A DNA stretch of 64,000 nt from Gemmatimonadales bacterium (GTDB lineage: Bacteria; Gemmatimonadota; Gemmatimonadetes; Gemmatimonadales; GWC2-71-9), in NCBI GenBank assembly GCA_035637355.1, contig DASPXJ010000003.1, forward strand, positions 79-64,078, given 5' to 3'. Positions 54,102 through 61,808 of this stretch are shown here, piece after piece. The notes beneath the pieces are model-generated. The model did no database searches, was not told where the DNA came from, and saw only the letters and a list, made by a program, of their open reading frames with translations. The translations under genes and the position numbers were made by a program. The number at the start of each line of letters is the position of its first letter. The stretch's first letter is position 1.

Positions 54102-55831
54102 CGCTGCGCGTCGTCGCCGTGCTGGCGTTGCTGCTGCTGCTCTGGAATCCCGCCAGCTCCCGGCTCCTGCCCTCGGGCGACCAGCCGATCGTGCTGCTCG
54201 ATGCCTCGCTGAGCATGAGCGGCGCACCGTGGCGTGCGGCGCTTGACAGCGCCCGCGGCTTTGCGCACGACCGCGCCGTCGTGTGGCGCTTCGGCAGCGG
54301 CGTGGCGGCGTTCGACACCGCGCCGCCGGCGGACGGCGCGACGCGCCTCGGTCCGGCGCTGGAAGCGGCCGCCGCGCGTGCCGGCGAGGTCGTCATCGTG
54401 ACCGACGGCGCCGTGGATGACGCGGCCGACATTCCCGCCGATCTCCTGCGCCGGCCTCGCGTGATTACCACGCCACGTCCCGCGTTTTGGGATGCGTACG
54501 TTGCCCGGGTTGAGGGCGGTCGCCACGTCACGCGATCGGATACTGTCCGGCTCAGGGTGAGCTACGGCGTTGTCGGGATGCGAGATGCGAGAAGCGGGAT
54601 GCGAACTGGTCGGCTCACCCTAAGGGCCGAAGGTCGTGAATTGATGTCGCAACGCGTCTCGTTGCCCGATAGTGGAGTGTTGTCGCAGGATCTCACGCTT
54701 CCCGCATCTCGCATCCCGCATCCCGGTTGGACCGTCCTGCAGATCGCGCTGGATGGCGTGAACGACGCCGAGCCTCGAGACGACAGCCGTCAGTTCGTAG
54801 TTGACGTGAGCCTCGATCCCGCCGCGGTGATCTTCGCATCGCCGCCTGATTGGGAAGCGCGATTCCTCGCCCGGACGCTCGCCGATGTCGCGCGCCTGCC
54901 GGTCAGGATGTTCGTCGAAACCGAGCCGGGCCGGTGGCGGGATGGTGCCACACTGGTCCCGGTCGCGAGCGGCGACCTCACCCGCGCGGCACAAGGCGCG
55001 CGCCTCGTGATTGCGCTGGGGGACCCGGCGCGCGCCCGCGCGTTCACCAGCGGCGCGCATGTTGCGCGCGTGATCTGGTCCACGAACGGGCAGCCCGGTG
55101 ACTGGTACGTGGAGCGCCCCGTTTCGTCTCCCTTCACTGCGGCACTGGCGGGCGTGCTGTGGGATTCGCTGCCGCCCGCGACGGCCGTCGCGGTGGCACC
55201 GCGCGATTCCGCACAGGCCACCGTCGCGCTCACGGCGCGCCTGGTCCGGCGCGGCCCGCCGCGTCCCGTTCTCACCTTGGAGCGCCGCAACGGGGAGCGC
55301 GTGGCGACGGTCAGTGCCGCGGGGCTGTGGCGCTGGGCATTCCGCGGCGGCGCGGCGGACGAAGCATACCGCAGCTTCGTCGCGGCGTTGGTCGACTGGC
55401 TGCTGGGGGACGGGGGACGGGGGACGAGGGAGCGGGTGGTGCCGGAATCTTTCGAAGCGCCGAATGGACTTCCCACGGTGTGGCGCTGGGTGGCAGCCGA
55501 TACGGCGCGGCCCGTCGCCGTTACGCTGCGGAGCGACGACACGACGCGCGTCGACACGCTGCGCTTCGATGCCGCCGGCCGCGCCCAGTTGCGGCTGCCG
55601 CCCGGTGTCTATCACTATGCGATCGGCGGCGGAACCGAGCGCGGCGTGGTCGCCGTCGAGACCTATTCCGATGAATGGCTGCCGCGCACGCCCACGCTCG
55701 CCTCGCAGCCCGGTGAGGCGACGGCCCGGCTGGCATCGGTCGGACTGCGCGACCGCTGGTGGTTGTTCGTCATCGCGATCGCTGCACTGGCGACGGAGTG
55801 GGCGTTGCGGCGTCGCCAGGGCCTGCCGTAA
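54098..55831 (+). CDS. membrane-anchored vWA-like (Bat-like) protein
   Basis: N-terminal TM (VVAVLALLLLLW). MIDAS-like LLDASLSMSG. VVIVTDGAVDD. C-terminal TM WWLFVIAIAALATEW. GTG 54098 overlaps the hisA stop. Confidence 0.55.
   Translation: MTLRVVAVLALLLLLWNPASSRLLPSGDQPIVLLDASLSMSGAPWRAALDSARGFAHDRAVVWRFGSGVAAFDTAPPADGATRLGPALEAAAARAGEVVIVTDGAVDDAADIPADLLRRPRVITTPRPAFWDAYVARVEGGRHVTRSDTVRLRVSYGVVGMRDARSGMRTGRLTLRAEGRELMSQRVSLPDSGVLSQDLTLPASRIPHPGWTVLQIALDGVNDAEPRDDSRQFVVDVSLDPAAVIFASPPDWEARFLARTLADVARLPVRMFVETEPGRWRDGATLVPVASGDLTRAAQGARLVIALGDPARARAFTSGAHVARVIWSTNGQPGDWYVERPVSSPFTAALAGVLWDSLPPATAVAVAPRDSAQATVALTARLVRRGPPRPVLTLERRNGERVATVSAAGLWRWAFRGGAADEAYRSFVAALVDWLLGDGGRGTRERVVPESFEAPNGLPTVWRWVAADTARPVAVTLRSDDTTRVDTLRFDAAGRAQLRLPPGVYHYAIGGGTERGVVAVETYSDEWLPRTPTLASQPGEATARLASVGLRDRWWLFVIAIAALATEWALRRRQGLP
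54575..54724. repeat. 150-nt unit bounded by inverted heptamer arrays, inside the vWA-like CDS
   Basis: Left GGGATGC GAGATGC GAGAAGC GGGATGC GA. Right (reverse complement) GGGATGC GGGATGC GAGATGC GGGAAG. Arms about 94 nt apart. The span is exactly 50 codons. Confidence 0.75.
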
Positions 55832-56676
55832 TGGGGCTGTGGAAGCAGCTGTCGCGTTTCCTCACGCCGGGCGCGGATGACGCGAAGCTCGAGGCGGTGC
55901 AGCGCCTCTTGATCGAAGCAGATTTCGGCGTCGCGGCAACAAACGAAACCGTCGAGCGCCTCAGCCGCGCCAACAACGTCGATCAGCCCACGCTCGAACG
56001 TATCGTCGTCGAGCTGCTCGGCCCGGCGGCGCCGCCGCTCGCGCGGTCCGACAAACCGCCGACCGTCGTGCTGGTTTTTGGCGTCAACGGCACTGGAAAG
56101 ACCACGACCGTCGCCAAACTGGCGCAGCGACTCAAGCGGGAAGGCCGCAGCGTGCTGCTCGCCGCCGCCGACACCTTTCGGGCCGGCGCGACCGAGCAGC
56201 TCGAGACCTGGGCGCGGCGTCTGAGCGTGCCGTTCGTCGGCGCCAACTCGGGGAAGGGCGCCGATGCGGCTGCCGTAGCGTTCGATGCGGTGGACGCCGG
56301 GCTCGCGCGCGGCATCGATACGGTGTTAGTGGACACGGCCGGCCGGCTCCACACGGATGAGCGCCTGCGCGAGGAGCTCAAGAAGGTGGCGCGCGTGGTC
56401 GGGAAACGGCAGGCCGGCGCGCCGCACGAATCGCTGCTGGTGCTGGACGCGACCGTCGGCCAAAACGCGGTGCACCAGGCACGCGAGTTCTCGGCCGCCG
56501 TGCCGCTCACGGGGCTCGTGATCACGAAGCTCGATGGCACCGCGAAAGGCGGCAGCGTCGTCGCGCTGCGTCGCGCGGTGCCCGCGCCGATTCGCTTCCT
56601 CGGCACCGGCGAGACCCTCGACGACCTCGAGCTGTTCGACCCCGTGCGGTTCGCGCACCGTCTGGTCTCCGAATGA
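55831..56676 (+). CDS. ftsY: signal recognition particle receptor FtsY (short form, NG domain only)
   Basis: GVNGTGKTTT, DTFRAGA, DTAGRLH, TKLDGTAKGG motifs. TAATG junction upstream. Confidence 0.9.
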   Translation: MGLWKQLSRFLTPGADDAKLEAVQRLLIEADFGVAATNETVERLSRANNVDQPTLERIVVELLGPAAPPLARSDKPPTVVLVFGVNGTGKTTTVAKLAQRLKREGRSVLLAAADTFRAGATEQLETWARRLSVPFVGANSGKGADAAAVAFDAVDAGLARGIDTVLVDTAGRLHTDERLREELKKVARVVGKRQAGAPHESLLVLDATVGQNAVHQAREFSAAVPLTGLVITKLDGTAKGGSVVALRRAVPAPIRFLGTGETLDDLELFDPVRFAHRLVSE

Positions 56677-56749
56677 GGGGAAGAGGGACGGGGGAAGGGG
56701 GAAGGGTACGGCGCTAACGCTCGCGAGTCCCGTCAAATTCCTGAAAGGT

Positions 56750-58774
56750 GTGGGACCGAAGCGCGCGGAAGCACTCATGCGTCTGGGCATCCGCACCGCG
56801 GGCGATCTCCTGTATCACACGCCGCATCGCTATCTCGACGCGACGACCGTGACGCCGCTGGCCCGCGCTGCCGTCGGCCAGGACGTCACCTGTGTCGGTC
56901 GCGTCGTGAGCACCGGTGTGTTGCCGACGCGGCGTGGCTTGCGGGTGTTCCGCGCGGTGCTGAAGGACGAGAGCGGATTGCTCGAATGCGCCTGGCCGGG
57001 CCGCCCATTTCTCGAGCGGCAGATCAAGAAAGGCCAGCTGCTGCTCGTGACGGGGCCGGTACGGTACTACCACGGCAAGCAGCTCGTGCCGAGCGAGTTC
57101 ATCGTGCTGGCCGAGCCGGACGACGACAGCGCTGGCGATCCCGGGCTGGTGCTTCCGGTCTATCCCGCCACCGAAGGCCTCACGCACCGCCAAATCCGCG
57201 CGCTGGTGCAGCAGCATCTCGACCTGCTGCTCCCCCTCGTCACTGATCCGCATCCTCCCGCGTTTCGTGCGAGTCACGACCTCATCGAGCTGCGGCGCGG
57301 GCTGGAGCTGATGCATCGGCCCAAGCGCGTAGAAGAGGCGGAGCTGGGCCGCCGCCGCCTCGCCTTCGACGAGCTGTTCGATCAGCAGTTGGTGCAGGCG
57401 CGCGCCCGGCATCTCGCCAAGCGCGCGCGCGCCGGAATTCGTTTCGAGCTCAAGCGGGAACTCACCACGCGGCTCAGCGAGAATCTTCCGTTCGCGCTCA
57501 CCGCCGATCAGCGTCATGCGATCCGTGAGATCTGTGGCGATATGACCGCGCCGCTGCGCATGCACCGCCTGCTGATGGGGGACGTGGGGACGGGCAAGAC
57601 GGTGGTGGCGCTGTTCGCCATGCTGCTCGCCGCCGAGAACGAGTATCAGGCGGCGATCATGGCGCCCACGGAGCTATTGGCCGAGCAGCACGGCGCGACG
57701 TTGACGCGGCTGCTCGAGCCGCTGGCGATCCGGCCCGAGATGTTGCTGGGCCGTATGACTGTCGCGGAGAAGGCGGCGGCACGGCAGCGCATCGCGTCTG
57801 GTGCTCCGCGGATCGTCGTCGGCACCCACGCGCTGATCCAGGAGTCGGTCACGTTTCGTCGTCTGGGGCTGGCTGTGATCGATGAGCAGCACCGCTTCGG
57901 GGTGGAGCAGCGGGCCGCGCTGGTCGAAAAAGGCGACGCCCCCGACGTGCTGCTCCTCACCGCGACACCGATCCCGCGCTCGCTGGCGCTCACGCTGTAT
58001 GGCGACCTCGACGTCACGCAGATCCGTGAGCGGCCGCCGGGGCGCGGCGCCGTGAAGACCGCGCTCCGCACCGACGCCGCGCGGTCCAAGATCTACGAGT
58101 TCATCCGCAGCGAGTGCGCGGCCGGCCGGCAGGCGTACGTGATCTATCCCGTGATCGACGAATCGGAGCGCGCGGATCTCAAGGCCGCGACGACGATGGC
58201 GGAGAAGCTCAAGAAGACGTTTGCCGAATTCCGCGTCGGCTTGGTGCACGGAAAGATGAAAGCCGAGGAGCGCGATGCCACGATGCGCGCGTTCCGCGAC
58301 AACCAGGTGCAGATCCTTGTCGCCACGACCGTGATCGAGGTCGGGATCGACGTCGCGAACGCCACGGTCATGCTCATCGAGCATGCCGAGCGTTTCGGGC
58401 TGGCGCAGCTGCATCAGCTGCGCGGCCGGGTAGGGCGGGGGGCCGCGGCGAGCCACTGCATTCTTCTGTCCGATTCGCCGCAGGCCGCGGCTCGGCTGCA
58501 GCCGTTCTGCGAAACGACGGACGGCTTCAAGATCGCCGAGCTGGACTTGCACGAGCGCGGCATGGGGGAGCTGACCGGTGCGCGGCAATCGGGCGGCGTG
58601 CCGCTGCGCTACGCCAATCTCGAAACCGATATCCCGCTGCTCGAAGCTGCGCGCACCGCCGCGGCCGCCATGATCGCCACCGACCCCGCCCTCGAGCGGC
58701 GCGAGCACTCGGCCTACCGGGAGCGGATTGTGACTCGCTATGAGCGCGGCTTCGAACTCTTCCGGGTGGGGTGA
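56750..58774 (+). CDS. recG: ATP-dependent DNA helicase RecG (start unresolved)
   Basis: LKGVGPKRAEAL, wedge domain, GDVGTGKT, DEQHRFG, TATPIPR, LHQLRGRVGRG motifs. RecG-like sequence extends upstream to about 56714, but there is no ATG/GTG/TTG in frame between the ftsY stop and GTG 56750. Confidence 0.8.
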   Translation: MGPKRAEALMRLGIRTAGDLLYHTPHRYLDATTVTPLARAAVGQDVTCVGRVVSTGVLPTRRGLRVFRAVLKDESGLLECAWPGRPFLERQIKKGQLLLVTGPVRYYHGKQLVPSEFIVLAEPDDDSAGDPGLVLPVYPATEGLTHRQIRALVQQHLDLLLPLVTDPHPPAFRASHDLIELRRGLELMHRPKRVEEAELGRRRLAFDELFDQQLVQARARHLAKRARAGIRFELKRELTTRLSENLPFALTADQRHAIREICGDMTAPLRMHRLLMGDVGTGKTVVALFAMLLAAENEYQAAIMAPTELLAEQHGATLTRLLEPLAIRPEMLLGRMTVAEKAAARQRIASGAPRIVVGTHALIQESVTFRRLGLAVIDEQHRFGVEQRAALVEKGDAPDVLLLTATPIPRSLALTLYGDLDVTQIRERPPGRGAVKTALRTDAARSKIYEFIRSECAAGRQAYVIYPVIDESERADLKAATTMAEKLKKTFAEFRVGLVHGKMKAEERDATMRAFRDNQVQILVATTVIEVGIDVANATVMLIEHAERFGLAQLHQLRGRVGRGAAASHCILLSDSPQAAARLQPFCETTDGFKIAELDLHERGMGELTGARQSGGVPLRYANLETDIPLLEAARTAAAAMIATDPALERREHSAYRERIVTRYERGFELFRVG

Positions 58775-58797
58775 CCCGGGGCCGTGCCCCGGGTCAC
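58771..58797. terminator. GC-rich hairpin shared by convergent recG and a minus-strand gene (no U-tract)
   Basis: GTGACCCGGGG (58771-81), loop CCGTG, CCCCGGGTCAC (58787-97). The recG TGA lies in the left arm. The stop of the minus-strand gene (58794-96) lies in the right arm. Confidence 0.5.
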
Positions 58798-59294
58798 AGA
58801 GGGATCCGCAGTCCCACCTTCATTGGAGCAAACGGAATATTATCCGGTCCTGCCCCCGGATGCAGATCGATAATGAACAGCGCTGTCGTCGCGAGCAGGC
58901 TCGCCTGGGCGCCGAGCAGCCAGCGATTGGCGCGCCGGTCGAATGTGCGCGACCGCTGATACAACAGCTCCGCGTCGCTCCGCAGATAGCGGCCGTCCGG
59001 TCCCAACGCGCAGGCGTCCTGCGCCGAGCGGCAGATGGCGAGCAGCGCATTCCAATCGCGCCGCGAGTAGCGGTGCTGCTCCGCGCCGAGCAGCGTGAGC
59101 GCGACGGTGCCTGCGGCGGTGAGCCATTTGCCGTGATGCACGACCGCCTGTTGGAAAGATGCGCGTTGGTCATCAGTCATCAGTTTTCTGTTGTCAGAAC
59201 AGACGACTGATGACTGAGAACAAATGACCTGCCCTCGCAGCGTCGGGACGACACCGCAGCACAGCATGGCGACGAGGAAAATCGAGCGCATCAT
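58794..59294 (-). CDS. small secreted hypothetical protein
   Basis: Start moved to ATG 59294 (ATGATGA junction with the upstream BamB-like gene). Signal peptide MMRSIFLVAMLCCGVVPTLRGQ. 166 aa. No recognisable family. Confidence 0.5.
   Translation of the reverse strand: MMRSIFLVAMLCCGVVPTLRGQVICSQSSVVCSDNRKLMTDDQRASFQQAVVHHGKWLTAAGTVALTLLGAEQHRYSRRDWNALLAICRSAQDACALGPDGRYLRSDAELLYQRSRTFDRRANRWLLGAQASLLATTALFIIDLHPGAGPDNIPFAPMKVGLRIPL
59168..59229. repeat. 62-nt nested palindrome inside the small secreted-protein CDS
   Basis: 12-bp perfect stem TCAGTCATCAGT / ACTGATGACTGA, inner stem TCTGTT / AACAGA, outer GGTCAT / ATGACC. The left arm is a tandem heptamer GTCATCA GTCATCA. Confidence 0.8.
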
Positions 59295-60427
59295 CGATAC
59301 GTATGAATATTGCCGCGACCGGCGACGACCACCACCTGGCGGTCCCGCACCAGGGGTGGCTCTTCGATCGGACCCGTGACCTGGGCGCGCCAGCGAATCT
59401 CTCCGCTCCTGGGGTCGACGAGCAGCACCTCGCCGCTGACGCTGCCGACCAGCACGCCTGACGCGAGTGGCGTCGGGCCTGCGGTCGCGACGATGTCGAG
59501 CGTGTGACTGATGGCGCCGTCCGGCGTTGCCGCCGGAATCACCCACAACCGGCCATCCCGGGCGAGCACGTACAGCGTGTCGGAGACGATCGCCGGCGCG
59601 CCGTACACGGCATCGCCCGCGGAGCGATCCCAGCTGACGGTCCAGGACGCCAGATCGACGGCGACGATCCGCCCGCTGACGGTCGCGAGGTAGACTCGGC
59701 GGCCGTCGGTCGCGGGCGTGGCGAGGACGGCGCCCGGCAGTGCCAGGCGCGCGTGTACGGTGCCGTTGTCGCGGTCGAGTAAGTAGAGCGTGTCGCTCGT
59801 CGTGGTGACGACGAGGCCGTGTGGCGTGACCAGCGGCCCGGCCCGCACCGCGCCGGAGAGCGGCGTTCTCCATATCACGCTGCCCGCTTCGGGATCGAGC
59901 CGCGCCACCGTCCCGTCTTCGGTCCCGGCATAAATGGCATCACCGTCGAACGCGAGTGGCGCCGGGACGCTGCCGACGCCGCGGTGCCACAGCTCCTTGC
60001 CGTCGCGCAGCCGAATCGCATAGACCCGGCCCTGCGGCTGGGCTTCGGTGGCGATGTAGAGCCGGTCTTCATCGAGCAGCGGGCCCGCCCGGACCGTCCC
60101 GTCGAGCCGCGTGCGCCACCAGACGTCACCGCTGGCGCGGTCCACCAGTACGATGGTGCGATCGGCCGTGCCCACCGCAACGACGGCTTCGCCGAGCGCC
60201 GGGCTGCCGCGGACGCCGCGCCCCATCGACGCATGCCACAGCGGCCGGGGGTCGGGATTGAGCGTCTCGCGCGCACTGGCGTCGTGCCGTTGGTTGCCGA
60301 GATAGGCGGGCCAGCCCGATTCCTGCCGCTCCGGGCCGGGTTTCATTACGGGAGTGCAGCCGGCGGCGATCGCGTTGACACTGAAAAGGCCCGCCACTAG
60401 TATGCCGCGCCTATGCCGGATCGTCAT
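59291..60427 (-). CDS. PQQ-like beta-propeller lipoprotein (BamB-like)
   Basis: Start moved to ATG 60427. Lipoprotein signal MTIRHRRGILVAGLFSVNAIAAGC. Repeated G.V.A.D...G...W propeller blades. Confidence 0.7.
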   Translation of the reverse strand: MTIRHRRGILVAGLFSVNAIAAGCTPVMKPGPERQESGWPAYLGNQRHDASARETLNPDPRPLWHASMGRGVRGSPALGEAVVAVGTADRTIVLVDRASGDVWWRTRLDGTVRAGPLLDEDRLYIATEAQPQGRVYAIRLRDGKELWHRGVGSVPAPLAFDGDAIYAGTEDGTVARLDPEAGSVIWRTPLSGAVRAGPLVTPHGLVVTTTSDTLYLLDRDNGTVHARLALPGAVLATPATDGRRVYLATVSGRIVAVDLASWTVSWDRSAGDAVYGAPAIVSDTLYVLARDGRLWVIPAATPDGAISHTLDIVATAGPTPLASGVLVGSVSGEVLLVDPRSGEIRWRAQVTGPIEEPPLVRDRQVVVVAGRGNIHTYR

Positions 60428-61711
60428 TGGATCGAGGAGCTGCCGCAGCACGCGGGACAGACAGTGTCCGTCCGCGGCTGGGTCACGACGACCCGGTCCA
60501 GCGGCAAGATCGCGTTCGTCGTTGTGCGCGACGGCACCGGCCTGTTGCAAGCGGTTCTCTCCAAGAAAGACCTGCCCGCGGACGTCTGGGATGCGTTCGG
60601 GAAACTTACACAAGAGACGTCAGTCGAGGTGACGGGCGTGGTGCGCGCCGAGCCTCGCGCCCCGGGCGGCGTCGAGCTGCAAACGTCCGACCTGAAGATC
60701 CTCGGCCCGAGCCCCGAGTTCCCGATCACGCCCAAGGAACACGGCACCGCGTTTCTGTTCGAGCACCGCCACTTGTGGCTGCGGTCCAGGCAACAGGTGG
60801 CGATCGCGCGCGTGCGGCACGAAGTCATCCAGGCGATCCGCGATTTTTTCTACCAGCGCCACTTCACGCTGGTGGATACGCCGATTCTCACCGGCTCCAT
60901 CGGCGAGCACGCGGGGACGCTCTTCTCGGTCGATTACTTCGATCTCGGCAAGGCGTATCTCGCGCAGACCGGCCAGTTGTACGTTGAAGCGGCGGCCGCC
61001 GCGCTCGGCAAGGTCTACTGCTTCGGGCCGACGTTTCGCGCCGAGAAGTCGAAGACTCGTCGGCATCTGACGGAGTTCTGGATGGTCGAGCCGGAGGTCG
61101 CCTGGAACGATTCTGACGCCAATATGCGACTCCAGGAGGATTTCGTCTCTTATATCGTGGGTCGGTGTCTGGAAAAACGGAAGAATGACCTGGCGGAGCT
61201 GGGGCGCGATGTCGCGCCTTTGGAACGGGTAGTGCCGCCGTTTCCTCGGATTTCGTACAGCGACGCCGTGGCGAAGCTGAAAGAGCTCGGTGGCGACATG
61301 GAGTGGGGCCGCGATCTCGGCGGCGACGCCGAGACGACGCTCGCCAAGCAGTACGACCGGCCGCTGTTCGTCTACAACTATCCGAAGGCGGTGAAGGCGT
61401 TTTACATGAAGGAGAACCCGGACGATCCGCGCACGGTGTTGAACAACGACTGCCTGGCGCCGGAGGGCTACGGCGAGATCATCGGCGGCAGCCAGCGCGA
61501 AGACGATTACGACAAGCTGCTCGCGCGCATTCGCGCCGAGCAGCTGCCGGAAGAGGCGTATTCGTGGTATCTCGACCTGCGCAAGTACGGCACGTTTGTG
61601 CACTCGGGCTTCGGCTTGGGGGTCGAGCGGACGGTCGGGTGGATTTGTGGCACTCCGCACATCCGCGAGGCCATCGCGTTTCCGCGGACGTTGTACCGGT
61701 TGTGGCCGTAG
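60413..61711 (+). CDS. asnS: asparagine--tRNA ligase
   Basis: 432 aa, collinear with short AsnS (e.g. Thermus type as recalled). GWVTTTRSSGKIAFVVVRDGTG, FRAEKSKTRRHLTEFWMVEPE, GYGEIIGGSQRE, GFGLGVER motifs. Confidence 0.9.
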   Translation: MPDRHWIEELPQHAGQTVSVRGWVTTTRSSGKIAFVVVRDGTGLLQAVLSKKDLPADVWDAFGKLTQETSVEVTGVVRAEPRAPGGVELQTSDLKILGPSPEFPITPKEHGTAFLFEHRHLWLRSRQQVAIARVRHEVIQAIRDFFYQRHFTLVDTPILTGSIGEHAGTLFSVDYFDLGKAYLAQTGQLYVEAAAAALGKVYCFGPTFRAEKSKTRRHLTEFWMVEPEVAWNDSDANMRLQEDFVSYIVGRCLEKRKNDLAELGRDVAPLERVVPPFPRISYSDAVAKLKELGGDMEWGRDLGGDAETTLAKQYDRPLFVYNYPKAVKAFYMKENPDDPRTVLNNDCLAPEGYGEIIGGSQREDDYDKLLARIRAEQLPEEAYSWYLDLRKYGTFVHSGFGLGVERTVGWICGTPHIREAIAFPRTLYRLWP

Positions 61712-61712
61712 A

Positions 61713-61797
61713 CCCGGGCTGAGAGCCCGGGCTCGGCATTTGTGCGCCCTGTAAAGGGCGCACTCGTCGCCGAGCGCGCGCTCTCAGCGCGCGTTTA
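61713..61797 (+). terminator. three consecutive hairpins after asnS, the last with a T-tract
   Basis: H1 CCCGGGCT-GAG-AGCCCGGG (61713-31). H2 GTGCGCCCT-GTAA-AGGGCGCAC (61742-63, GNRA loop). H3 CGCGCGC-TCTCA-GCGCGCG (61775-93) followed by TTTAT. Confidence 0.55.
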
Positions 61798-61808
61798 TAC
61801 TAGACGAT

